In this document: piece after piece, positions 12,347 through 24,655 of the stretch
Numbering within the stretch: position 1 is the first letter of the stretch
Layout of the letters: every line of letters starts with the position of its first letter
From: Selaginella moellendorffii
Taxonomy: Eukaryota; Plantae; Lycopodiophyta
Reading direction: 5' to 3'
Assembly (NCBI RefSeq): GCF_000143415.4
Contig: NW_003314268.1
Coordinates: 3,418,559 to 3,482,558, forward strand
Length of the DNA stretch: 64,000 nt
The notes under the pieces: model-generated
Database searches by the model: none
What the model was told of the DNA's origin: nothing
The model's input: the letters and a program-made list of their open reading frames with translations, nothing else
Position numbers and translations under genes: made by a program

Positions 12347-13847
12347 TCCACGTGGTAGTGTTCTACGCGGAAGCCAAATGAAAGTAACATGTTTGGACTA
12401 AAAAATTCCGACTTGAAAAGTCGAGAGTGGGAGTGGAACTCCCAACAGAGTGCTTAAGGAACGAGCATAAAGCGAGCAATAAGAGAGTCTTTAGAAAAGG
12501 GACACAAGAGGACCAATACATGACACATGGTGGAACCCAAGATGGACCCGAGATGGAGTCTGAGATGGACCCAAGATAGAGTCTGAGATGGACCCAAGCT
12601 AGAGTCCAAGATGGAGTCCAAAATAGAATCGAGATTGAGACCGAGACCGAGACCGAGTCCGATGTAACGCTCCTGAGTTTGGACTTCCCAGGAGGTCACC
12701 CAGCTCAGTACTATTTAAACCCAAGGACGCTTAACTCCAAATATCCCAAGACCCTTAACTGATTGGAAAAGGGGGTGCACTCTTATTCATGGGCCCTTTC
12801 CCTCTATACTTGAACCCTTATGGATCGTCTCTCGAGTCGTTCCCTTTGGTTGCTTACATTCGAGTCCAAATACTAAATAAAGGCTGTTGGGTGAAAGCCC
12901 AAAGTGATTGTCCCCGACGGGGGGGGGGGTTAGCTACAGAGGGTTCCAAAAGTATAATAGGGAGAGTGTGGGGATTGGACCTTAGTGGAAACACTTTGGC
13001 CAAGAAAGGTTAATTTGGCCCAAGAAGGTTGTACCCAAGTGTTAGGTGATGAGATAACTACTGGGAAGTCTAAGGTTAGAGTGAATACGGACCGACAAAC
13101 AAGGTCGTTTCAGGAAGTGTTCAAGAGCCAACTCTAGTTCCCTTGGGAGATCAAATGGTCAATATTCTCAGTCCAAGCGTGGGTGGTATTACCTACTTCG
13201 ATACCTAACATGGCTCAACGGAACCTTGCTCTAAGCCCATGGCTCCCATGGCTAGAGCACCCAAAGGTGGAAGGTGGGGAGAGTACCTATGAGGCTCACG
13301 TAGGGCCATAGTGTTCCGAAATGTTATCCCAAAGTCCCAAATTGTGAAAAGGAAAAAGGGCAATCCTTGACCAAGGTTACAATCACATGGTGTGGAAGTC
13401 CCAAAGGACAGTGGGACTTAGTAGTCGGGTCTATAGGCCTTGACCCAGTGGCAATGTCGGTGAACACAGCCATGGCAAAAAGGGATTTGGTGGGGACTGA
13501 TAAGGGATATTAGGGGTTGTTCCCCATGTCAAGGATGCTAAGGAGTAGATCTGGGATGACCACTCATGGATGGATGGCCCAGTCTTTGAGAGACGAAATT
13601 GTGATGCAAGGGGTGTTGGACCTCTGGTGTGGTAAAGGTGAATAGGCATAGCTTTAGTGTAACAGGTTGATACATCGGTGATACCTTTGGGTGTTGATCA
13701 TGGGATCAGACACATGGAGCACTTGGACCAAGTGGCAAGATGCTTGCTAGCCCCAAGTCTGGAATAGGACTTATGGAGGTTGTGAGTGAAAATCCTCCAA
13801 GTAGTTGTAGGTGTACTAAATTAAAATGGAAACTTTAGTCGCTTACA
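12347..13847 (+). mobile_element. LTR copy C, head-to-head with B, lacking ~45 bp at its 5' end and interrupted by a solo Cassandra LTR
   Basis: Homologous to 14874-16408; ends in gtcgcttaca at 13847. Confidence 0.85.
12663..12858 (-). mobile_element. Solo Cassandra-type TRIM LTR nested in LTR C
   Basis: TGTAAC...CTTACA termini; TSD tccga/ttcga; reverse strand reads gttaagcgtccttgggtttaaatagtactgagctgggtgacctcctgggaagtcc, which is 5S rRNA-like. Confidence 0.9.
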
Positions 13848-13849
13848 AA

Positions 13850-14383
13850 TATAAGCTTTTGAGTTTAAACTTCTCAGGAAGTCACCCAACTCAGTACTAT
13901 TTAAACCCAAGGACACTTAACCCTAAGTATCCCAAGACCCTTTATATTTGAACCCCTATGGATCATCTCTCAAGTCCTCTTTGGTTGTTTATAATCCACC
14001 ACGCTTCCCTGCAAGTTTATGCCCTCGTGAACAAAAGCTAAGAGCCACAGCTCTCCTAAGAGCCCCGCTCTCTTGACACCCTACCCCTCGAGTCAAGCTC
14101 AGTTGGAGCAAATTGGATCTGCCAAATGTCAGTCAATATGTGGTGCAATTCCCCTAAACCAACTAACAGAGTCAAACTTGAGATCTTCTAATACCAAATG
14201 TAAACTCTTGAGTTTGGACTTTCTGAGAGGTCACCCAGCCCAATACTATTCAAACCTAATGACACTTAACCCTAAATATCCCAAGATCTTTAACTAATTG
14301 GAAAAAGGGGTGCACTTTTGTTTATAAACCCTTTCCCTCTATATTTGAACCTTTATGGATTGTCTCTCAAGTCATTTCTTACA
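13850..14383 (-). mobile_element. Complete, degenerate Cassandra-type TRIM: LTR 14199-14383, PBS, ~205-bp internal region, PPT, LTR 13850-13993
   Basis: Two direct LTRs with the 5S segment; PBS tggtattaga (reverse strand of ~14187-14196, tRNA-iMet type); PPT gggaagcgtggtggat before the second LTR. Confidence 0.85.
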
Positions 14384-14394
14384 TCTGACAACTT

Positions 14395-14868
14395 CAGATA
14401 TACATGAAATTTTTTGAAACCCTAAATTGCTACTAAACACTCTTTTTCTATCATGGAGTAGTTCACTTCTATTTTTTATAAAATACAGTTGATGTATGCA
14501 ATGGGATAGCATTGACCATGCATACTCAGACTCTCTTGCATTAGCATACCTCCAAAACCAATATAAAAAACATTCACGAATAAAATGAAAAATCGAGTCT
14601 CATCATGATATAACCAACCAAATTCTTCCACTTGCATAATGAAGTAACTACAATATGATCACCTTTTAGTAATGTCTAAGAACCATTTAGATATGCATGA
14701 AGTTTTTTAAAACCCCAAACTGCTACTAAACACTCCTTCTGTATCATGGAGTAGTTCACTCTACTTTTTGTAAAATACGGTTGATATATACAATGAGATG
14801 ACACTGATTACACACACTTAGGCTCTCTTGCATTAACACACTTCCAAAACTGATATCAGAAGTATCAG
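14395..14868 (-). mobile_element. Ty3/gypsy RNase H remnants (two diverged tandem copies)
   Basis: Reverse translation GGMLMQ...YPIAYINCIL*KIEVNYSMIEKECLVAI*GFKKFHVYL; ~170-bp unit repeated at ~14398 and ~14690. Confidence 0.75.
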
Positions 14869-14873
14869 CTGAT

Positions 14874-16408
14874 TGTGAGACACAAAATCCCTAGGCCCCA
14901 AAGTGGAGCCGAAAGGGTGCCACGTGGTAGTGGCTGAAGCGAAAGCCAAACGAGCATAACACGTTTAGACTAAAAGCTCCAACTTGATAGGTCAAGAGCG
15001 GGAGTGGAACTCCCAACAAAATGCTCGAGGAATGAGCACGAAGCGAGCAATAAGCGAGGCTCTAAAAAAGGGACCCAAAAGGATGAACACATGACACGTG
15101 GGAGTGCCCGAGATGGAGTCCAAGATGGACCCGAGATGAAGTCCGAGATGGACCCGAGATGGAGTCCGAGATGGACCGAGACGAAGTCCGAGATATACCG
15201 AGATGGAGTCCGAGATGGACCGAGATGGAGTCCGAGATGGACCAAGATGGAGTCCGAGATGGATCGAGATGGAGTCCAAGATGGAGTCCGAGATGGACCC
15301 GAGATGGAGTCTGAGATGGACCAAGACGGAGTTTGAGATGGAGTCCGAGATGGAGATCGAGAAGGACCCGAGATGGAGTCCGAGGCCGAGGCCGAGGCCG
15401 AGTTCGAGTCTACAAGGGTGAAAGCCCAAAGCGTTCGTCTCCCAGACCCTGGGGGGTTTGGTGAGCTCCAAAAGTATAGTAAGGGGGGGACTGCAGTGGA
15501 GCCAGTTTGGCCAGGAAAGGCTAGTTTGGCCTAGGAAGGCTGTACCTAGTGTTAGGTGATGAGCTGCCCACTGGGAAGTCCAAGACTAGAGTGAACACAG
15601 ATTGACAAGCAAGGTAGCTTGGTGAAGTGTTCAAGAGCCGGCTCTAGTTTCCCCGGGAGATCAACTGGCCGATACTCCCAGTCCAAGTGTGGGTGGCACT
15701 ACCTACTTGGATACTAGGTGTGGCTTAACGGAACTTCGCTCTAAGCCCATGGCTAGAGCACCCAAGGGCGGAAGGCAGGGAGAGTACCTAGGTGGCTCAC
15801 GTAAGTCCACAGTGTTCCGAAATGTTGCCCCAAAGTCCCAGACTGTGGAAAGGAAGAGGAGCAGACCTCTGGCATAGTGACTAAGGACATATTCACATGG
15901 TAAGGAAGTCCTAGAGGGCATTGGGACTTAGTGGTCAGGCCTGTGGGCCTTGACCCAGTGGCAGTGTTGGTGAACACGGCCATGGGTAGGACGGGACTTG
16001 TTTGGGACTGAAAGAGGGATATTGGGGAAGGTTGTTCTCCTTGTCGGTGGGCATCCGAAGGATGCTAAGGAGTGGATCTGTGATGACCACTCATGGATGG
16101 TTGGCCCAGTTTTGGAGAGGCAAGACTGTGACGCAAGTGGTATTGGACCACTAGTGTGGCAAAGGTGATTGGGCATGGCTTTAGCGTAACAGGCTGCTAT
16201 GTCGGTGGTACCTTTGAGTGTCGGTCATGGGATCGGACACATGGAGCACTTGGACCAAGTGCAAAGGTGGAGTGGTAGGGATGTTATTCTCAGGGCTAGC
16301 AAGCCCAAGTCCGAAATAGGACTTATGGAGGTTGTGAGTGAGACTCCTCCAAGTGGTCGAAGGTGGGGTTAAGTGGCTAAAGTAGAATGGAAAAATTAGT
16401 CGCTTACA
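14874..16408 (+). mobile_element. Solo LTR D (1535 bp) inserted into an older gypsy pol
   Basis: TGTGAGAC...GCTTACA termini with perfect 5-bp TSD CTGAT (14869-14873 / 16409-16413); GAGATGGAGTCC tandem array at ~15108-15380. Confidence 0.93.
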
Positions 16409-16413
16409 CTGAT

Positions 16414-16930
16414 CTAACATCTTATGAGGATGTATTCCTTTTATGTCACTTCTAAGTGGATAAAGATATCATTGATGAAGTCAATAGTCACATTCAGCAT
16501 ATCATAGAGAACTTCATCTATCATCCGCTAGAAAGTTGTTAGAGCATCATTCAAACCAAATGGCATCACCAAGAACTTATACAAAATAAATAGTGTATAA
16601 ATCTTCCTTAGCCATCGGCACGTACCAATACCCAAAAGCAATATTTAACTTGGTGAACTAACAACTTCTCCCCAAACAATCTAGGAGATCAGCAGTGTGA
16701 GGATGAGGGTACACATCCAAAATCGTCACTTTGTTTAATGGATAATAGTCAATGTAGAAACAAATACTCCCATCAAGCTTTATTACAAAATGAGGTTCAC
16801 ACTCTTAGGATTTTGTGATTTTCAAATAACACCTTTTTCCAACATCTCCTTGACGTTTGTATGTAAAATTTTAATCTATTTTGGTGAGCGACGATGAACA
16901 TAAATCTTGATTGGATGAGCATCCCCAATT
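16414..16930 (-). mobile_element. Degenerate Ty3/gypsy reverse transcriptase
   Basis: Reverse-strand FYIDYYPLNKVTILDVYPHP and LYKFLVMPFGLNDALTTF*R motifs, with stops and frameshifts. Confidence 0.8.
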
Positions 16931-17286
16931 GAAATAGGATGAAATATTACAATCTTGGCCCTAAATAATAAATTAAATTCAAATAGATCGGCATACTCCA
17001 TGAACCAGTTAACTACTACAACACAAAGACTGTCAAAAGGATCTAAAGAGGGAATAAAGGAACAAGATGGAAACATAAGAGGAAGTAATGGGGAGACAAA
17101 AGTGATGGAAGTAGAGGGACAAAAAGGAACAAAAGTGAAAGGAATGGAAAAAAATATTAAAAAGTATCAGATACAAGGGAGAAGCCTCAAAGTCACACTC
17201 ACTTAGCTGTAAGGAACTAACTCCCTGAGGTGTCATATGCTAAAGGATCCTTGCAACTATGATTGAAATGATAAAGAGTTCATCAG

Positions 17287-17700
17287 ATGAGACCGAGTCC
17301 AAAATTGAGTCTGAGACTGACTCCGAGACCAAGTTCAAGACCGAGTCCAAGACTAACTTCAAGACTGAGTTTAAAACCAAGTCCCAAGACCCGAGATTTG
17401 AGATTGGGTCTGAGACCAAGTCTAAGATCACATCCAAGACTGAGTCCGAAATCAAGTCTAAGACCGAGTTTGAAGTCGAGTCAAAGATTGAGTCTAAGAC
17501 TGAGTCCAAGGTCGAGTCTGAGATTAAGTCCAAGATCGAGTTCGAGATCGAGTCCAAGGTCGAGTCTAAGATGGAGTCTAAGATCAATACTGAGTCCGAA
17601 TACTAATACAGATCAGATTATAGGGTGAAAGCCTAAAGCGATCGTCTCCTAGGGGAGCTGCATGGGGTTCCAAAAGTATAATAGGGATAGTGAAGTCTAG
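17287..17700 (+). repeat. Degenerate hexamer array in a diverged relative of the LTR family
   Basis: GAGTCC/AAGACC-like 6-mers at 17287-17600 followed by agggtgaaagcctaaagcgatcgtctcc, similar to agggtgaaagcccaaagcgttcgtctcc in LTR D. Confidence 0.6.
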
Positions 17701-20700
17701 GAATCAGTCTTGAAGGAACTCTCTAGTGGTGTTTCCAAACCAGCTTAAGGTTGGGACTAGGGGTTAGGGGCTTTAAGTGAGAGTGAGCATAGACTTGAGT
17801 GGTGCCAAATACACCACCTAAGGAAATGCTCAAGAGTAACTCCCACTCTTGGAAGGGAAATTGACAACAATGCTCTTAACTCATATGGAGTGGTGCCCTA
17901 CATGAGTACCATTCTCGCTCCTTTTTAAAGGCTTGGGCCTTCCCTTTGGGATAGAAGTGGGGGAGTAAGTGTACCTATACTGGGGCATTAGGCCACAATG
18001 TTTCCCTTGGGGTCCCAAAGCAAGTGATGCACATAAAGTTTAGGATTTAGAGGGTCTTATGATCAAATCTTGTTGTACTAAAGGATGTTAAAAACCTAGA
18101 GGTTTGGTGTGCTTGGCTGCTTATGCCTACAGGGAGTGTTGCCAAACCTTAAGCTTAGTTTAACCTGGAGAGAGGGATTGGGAAAGAATTTGGGAATTTA
18201 TAGATGGATGGCTAACACTTTGTTGCTTGTGTAGTGAGTAGTTGAAACCAAATAAAACCAAGTAAGAACTAGTATAATAAGTGGGAACTTTGGTAAGGGA
18301 ATTTAACTAATGCCAAGGTAGTGGTGGTTGAATAAATGAGGTAAGTTGGCAAATTAGAAAAGAAAAATTTATAGATTATATTAGCATGATTATGTTACAA
18401 TCAATCCATATTAAGGATGAAGTCAAAAGTTTAACTTGGCACAACTTGCAACGGTTGCAACTCAAGCTTGAGATTGCCCATACATACAACTAGGTCTATC
18501 TCATCCTAATTATACACATGTGTACAACTGTTGCTATAAAGAATGAAAATTGATTTTGCTGCATGACGCAAATGTAGAAGGCAACATGTGGCAACAGACT
18601 AAGCAATAGAAGATAAACTCAAGCTTATATCAACTAACACGGAGAGATTAATAGAAAATTAGATTGGAAAGTAAACATTGAATGAACTAATGGCGAGTGA
18701 ACCCCTTAATGATACTCCCGTAAAAAAGATGAAGGGATCGCTAATTTATTTATACAAAAACCCTTTGTTACTCGTGCAACTCCTTGTTTCCTAGGAGCAT
18801 CTCGGTGTCCATACCTTCCACTGCATAAGCATTAATAAGACATTATTGATGCCAAGGTTTCCACCCAAAAAATGGAGGTCACCAATTTAAAAAACACTGA
18901 CCATGCTGATAAGTGTGACCAACTTTATCACACACCCAGCACCAGATATCACGGCCATGACCATATCCTTGCCTTTGTCCTTGAACTCAAGCAACAACAG
19001 CAACCTTTATTAGAATAGTACCATCTCCCACAAGTAGAGTTGAAGGATGTGCAGTGAGAAGTGAAAGAAGTCTTACATGATTTTGATAAAATGCTAGCCA
19101 CAGCATTCCTAACTTGATCCATTTTGATATATTTGGCTCTGCACGAAACAAAAGGCTCTAGAAACAAACACCAAATTGCATCATTAACTCAAATGGCCCT
19201 TAATAAAGATAATGTAATTATTAGAAGGCATTATCATAATCATTGGCATATTTAAATGTGCATTTGAAGACATCCTTGAGAATGCTCCAATCCACACGAG
19301 TAGCTACATTCAAACCATTATACCATTGTAGTGTTGTCCTTTAGAGACACGTGAGAAACTCATGCAAATGTTGAATATCTTCCCAAGAATGATATGTGGC
19401 AATCATTATAAAGTGATTGAACCAATGGCATATTTCATCCTCAGGATTCCCATAAAAAAACTCTAACTAGATGTAAGGATTAGCAGTAAGAGAAGGAAAA
19501 AATGTACCACACACTATGAATACCACCATCAACTAAGTCTAATTCTTCAACTACAATCATATGGCATCAAACAATTACACCAAGTGTTGCTCTAGAGTCA
19601 AAGGAGGAGGAAGGTGCTGCTCTACCATAAAGATGAATGAAAAGGAAAAAAAAAGAAAGAAAAAAAAGAAATTAAAAAAGTTATAAGGAAAGTGAGATCT
19701 AAATGATGCAAAAGCTAAATATAAACCAAAATCCCAAATCTAAACACTCCTCAAGGATAATCAAAGCCAAACTACCCATCATCTCCACCAATATAAGTAT
19801 ATAAAATATAGAAATGGAATTAAAAAATGTGTATATCAATTAGCCCAAAAACTATAGCTTATATACAGGAGCGAGTGGTCCAGATTGAAACCAATCCGAT
19901 GGCTATCAAAATCCCACTATACTAATATTAATATACAGTATCATAGTTGTATACTTGCACCTCACACAATTAATTTTATAATATATTAGCTCTCTGTAGT
20001 TAATATTATCTATATGTGGTTATCATAAGTTGTTACTATGTTACTTTAGATAAAAAGAAACCTTCTTTGAGTTTGTTATGAGTGGTAAATATGCTAGCCC
20101 AATTCAAGTATTCCTTTATCATATAGATTGGATTGTGAATGCAAGCTTAAGGTTTAGTTCCCACAGAAAACCTATATACAAAATTTAAATTAAAACTATG
20201 ATGAATTCAATACAGAAGTTTCACTGCAATAATATCTAAGAATCCTTCCTAAAAACTAAAAAATGGAAGAATGTTGAGATTTAGATGCTTATTATTAGAA
20301 CTGACAAAAACTTAAATTCCTTTTAACTTAATTAAGAAAAACATAAAAGCCTAAACTCTATAAATAGTTATTTAGTATTTATATTTATGTTTCGTTCTTA
20401 ATCGTGTTTGATTTTGTGAATCTGTTTTTTATATTAAAATATTCAATTAAAACTGGTTTTATCCCCAATGGTTATGAGCTAATGCATCAAGAGCTACTTA
20501 TTCATTTTCTAACCCATTTTCTAAATTAGAACTATAATTGTAAACTATATTTTCAATATATAGCTTGTGTTTAGAAAAAAAATATGTTCATAAAATATAA
20601 GATTCAAATTATAATTTACAATAGCTAGATAGACTCATCAACTTAGAGTCTAAAATAACAAAAGGAGCCATTACTAACTTGCCACAGGAGTTTGAATTCC

Positions 20701-22217
20701 TACCTGTTCTAAGTGACTTTTGTTCTCTTTAATTATCTTTTCTCTTTTGAGTTCGTAGGATCAAATTCATGTAAGCAACTAATTAACTAATTTGATATGT
20801 TTAGCTTTACAGGTTTTATAGATCTTTTCGGCCTCCCTTAAGGTTTTCCTCTTAGCTACTTTTGTTTTAGTGGTTGAGACTTTGGCAATGGTCCATCTTA
20901 GCTTAATAATCCATTATAGATATTATTAGAGATTCAGACCTTTGCATCCGCAGAAGTTTGCCAAACCTGGACGATATGGATGTAGCCACTATCCTGCCTT
21001 TCTTGTGTTCTTATTGTGATGTTTTTGACCTGGAGAACTTCACTCCTAACGAAAGGGAATCACGAAGACTATATGGTGAGGGAGAAGATTCAAAGCCAAA
21101 AGTCCAAGAAGTTCAAATCAAGCAAGCTCTTAGAGAACTTGATGAGTAGAGCAAGCACTAGTTTTTAAGAAGGATTCTCAAACATTAATGTAGTGAAACT
21201 TTCATGTTGAATTCAGAGAGAGTGCACTATAAAAGTTAAACTATTTTAAATGAAAAACTAAGAGCAATAAGTATCAAGAACTTTTTAAATGTTCTTGACA
21301 AAAATATAGAAATGATTACTAGCACATAAAATTAGTATTCAATTTCTGATGACAAAATAAAAGTTAAATGGTTCATGCCTCAATGCATTGTAAAATAAAT
21401 CAAAGCATGTCTTTCAAACATTAAACTAAAAGTAGAGTAATCAAATCAATGGAATATCTTGCTCTACTCATCAAGTTCTCTAAGAGCTTGCTTGATTTGA
21501 ACTTCTTGGACTTTTGGCTTTGAATCTTCTCCCTCACCATATAGTCTTCGTGATTCCCTTTCGTTAGGAGTGAAGTTCTCCAGGTCAAAAAAATCAAGAA
21601 AAGCACCACAATAAGAACACAAGAAAGGCAGGATAGTGGCTACATCCATATCGTCCAGGTTTGGCAGACTTCTGCGGATGCGAAGGCAGACAGCTCCTTT
21701 TCCATGTCTGCCAGCCAATGCTTGAGAATGATAATTCCAGCGCTTCTAATCGTGTGAATAGAATACCAAACAAATGTGCTTGGACTTCTGAGACCGATGC
21801 CTTCATACACATCTGAAATCAAATGGAATTTGAGGGAATTCCAGGGGGAAGACATGAACATGGATAGTGGGGAGAGAGGAAGTGCCAAAAAGGAGAAAAT
21901 TGAGTTACTCCTATTCTTTGTGAAGAAGAAGAAGAATATAGGTGCTCCGGAGAGTGGCACATTCGTCATGGGGATGATGCCGATGGCCAACTCCTGTTGA
22001 AAAAGGAATCTGTTTAGAATTTTGAGGGGTGTCAATATAACTGGTTATAGTAGTCTCGTGGCCTCCGACCACAACACACACAAGCGAGCATGGCAACTCA
22101 CTGCTATCGAGACACTAGTGTTTGTGTGAGTGTGCTCTTGTATGCCGGGAGGCTCATCCTTTGCCTTCCTTCCCAGCTTCAAGGATTTCTCTCTCTTCCC
22201 TTTTCCCAAAAGCAATA

Positions 22218-22582
22218 GGGATTGCTTGTTTTGCTACAAGCATGCCACCAACTGGACCTTCTTCTTCGACGTGGAGGAGTACGTAAGCGTCCCCACGCTG
22301 GATTCCGTGCTCAATAGCAACCGTACTGGAGTGAGTTGTAGAAAGAGCTTAAGAGTTCCTTTTGATCAACAGTTCTCAAGTAAAATGCTTCTTTTGTTTG
22401 TTCTCACCCTTGATTTTCTTTCAGGCAATGGCCGCCAGTGGTGCTCGCAGCACGTACTTTCGATCAAGACGCACAGACTTTTAACTTATTTCTTACAGGA
22501 AATGCAGAGCACCGCGAGAATGAAAGTCTTGTACCTTTACGACCATAGCTTGGCTGACAAGGTGAAGGAGTTCCTAGTGTAA
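22218..22582 (+). pseudogene. GT92 (GALS-like) fragment, mirror copy
   Basis: Identical translation to 2836-3200. Confidence 0.6.
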
Positions 22583-23314
22583 CTTCCAGGATTCCAACTG
22601 AGAGAATTGTTTAGTGCTGATTACAAAGAGAAAAAGCTTGTCCAGGCTTTCAAAAATAACACCATGTAACCAGACTGCTGAGAAATTTTCAGAGGAACGG
22701 TTCGTCAGCTATAAGCATTACGATTAAGGAAAAGCGTGTCAAAGTCAACGCTTAGCTTACCGTCATGTGGTATACATACGTATAGTAGAAATACTACAAA
22801 CCGCCACCGTATCACTTCTCTGGGTATCTGACATAATCTGATGATGATCAACCTGCACTGATCGTGAAATGTATCGTGATGCCTATGGTAGAAGGCAGGG
22901 GAAAAGGGATCTTGGTATAGCGTTTTCGTTTTTTATTTCTACTTCTTTCTTCTTCTTGGATGAATTCGATGCTGCGAGCTGCGAAGAAGATCGTCACGGG
23001 GTATGGATCTTTCATGCTGATTCTTGTTTCCAATTCTTTTCCAGGCATGGCCGTGGTGCAGGAGTTTGCATCCAGGGAGTGCTTCCTTCAGCCGGCAAAG
23101 CTTTCCGATCGACCAGGAGCGCGATCCTAGCTTCCCAGGGGATAGACAAGCACGACGCGCCAGAGATCGGCGCTGTCTGGAGCTTTCCATTTCGAAGTTT
23201 TTCCGGCAGTGGTAGCAGCGCCGACAAGAACAAGCTCGTGAGGTACAATGCTTTCATCTCGATTCTTTTTCCGCAATTCTGATCGTTTCGAGAGCTAGCA
23301 GTTCTTTCACGCCA

Positions 23315-24214
23315 ATGCAGGACAAGATCAATGGAGAAGAGATCGCGGAGGAGAACACGACCGACGACGGGGCGGAGCGGGGGCCGGCCAGGGAGAGCGC
23401 TAAGACTCCCGACGGTTCCAGGTAGATAACTTCTCAATTGGGATTCGTCTTTTATCCTTTTCAATTTCTTCTCGGCCAGGAGCTACGACCGCGTGAACGA
23501 GAATGGAGAAGCGTTCGTGAAGCTAGCTGCACAGGTAAGCTTCCTATAGACTATCGATCGAGAAGCTCTTTTCTTTAACTGGTTTCAGGAGTGCTTTAGC
23601 AATACTGTGCTCATATGCCTTACGTATAAGCATGGTACGCTGCTGGCTGCCGATGGATCTCTCTTCTTCCAGTCCGAGCAGTGTCTCATCAAGGACGATC
23701 ACTGTAAGATTTGGAACGTGAACGAGCGCGTGTGGCTTGCGTTTGCCGGCTCGCTCCAGGTAAGGACACTGCTCATCAAATTACAAAAAATGCTTGCAAT
23801 GTTTCTCGATCCAGGTGAAAGACCGCGCTTCGTCCTTCTTGGTTCGAGATTTCCACCACCTGAGCACTGCTGCGGCCGTAGCACGAGCGTTGGTGGTTTA
23901 CCTGGACCTTCTGGATATGGAGGACGACTTCAACATCTTCGTTGTGGACGCCAAGGAGCGCTTCATCATCGGCAAGTTCGCAGAAACGGCTGGGAATTAT
24001 GCGAGTTAAAGCTGGAGCAGCGGGATCCGCTGGCAGTACCATCCTGGACTGGCTCAACGAGGAGAACTCGAGCCGAAACATCGAGAACTCCGAGTTCGAG
24101 GATGCACTTACACTGTGCCGGGAAGGAATCCAGAAGAGCCACGAGCTTGGCCGGACCAGCCTCAAGTTCTCGTTCATAAAATTGGAGAAGAACGAGGTTG
24201 TTTTCAAGTACTAA
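23315..24214 (+). pseudogene. Proteasome-beta-like gene, mirror copy with a 2-bp frameshift
   Basis: aaacggctggg at ~23985 vs aaacggggctggg in copy 1; the last-exon ORF is split (23794-24009 / 23942-24214). Confidence 0.65.
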
Positions 24215-24655
24215 TTCACGATCGCTCGATGTAATTCGCTTGTCTCTGGAAAGAAAGAAACCATAAGAGTAAAAGTAAAGCGGCAGGCCTGGCTTTTGAA
24301 GTCTCCTCCTCGAGCTGCGAGTTCTCGTCGGTCGCGTCAACCATGAAAGCTTGTGAGAATACAGGCTTGAGATGGTTAATAGCCAAACCTTGACTCTTCG
24401 ACATCGAGATCTTCTAAACGAGCTGGCTTCCAAACACCGTCGTCCTCGATCCACTGTCACATATAATGTTCTCTGACAAATATTTCGAGATCGATCTTAC
24501 CATTTAAATCCGTGCAAAAGAAAAAAGAAGGCATGTCTGACGAGTTTCCATCCAAGCCGTCCATTTGCTCTTTATTCTAATCTACCGGTGTTGTTTTGTC
24601 AAGAGTATTTAAAAACGACATGAGCTTGTGATGTTTATTTAAATTTATGAACTCT

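Noticed and set aside
12663-12858. 5S rRNA gene
   Set aside because: Only ~55 nt of 5S-like sequence inside a TG..CA LTR with a TSD; it is a TRIM, not rDNA.
15108-15380. Possible CRISPR-like array
   Set aside because: Short degenerate tandem units without unique spacers, no cas genes, eukaryotic context.
14970-15471. ORFs with SISDSI/RWSP repeats (also 6476-7009, 11654-12242, 17240-17628)
   Set aside because: Translation artefacts of 6-12-bp tandem arrays inside LTRs.
18440-19600. Possible transposase remnant
   Set aside because: No convincing motif could be read.
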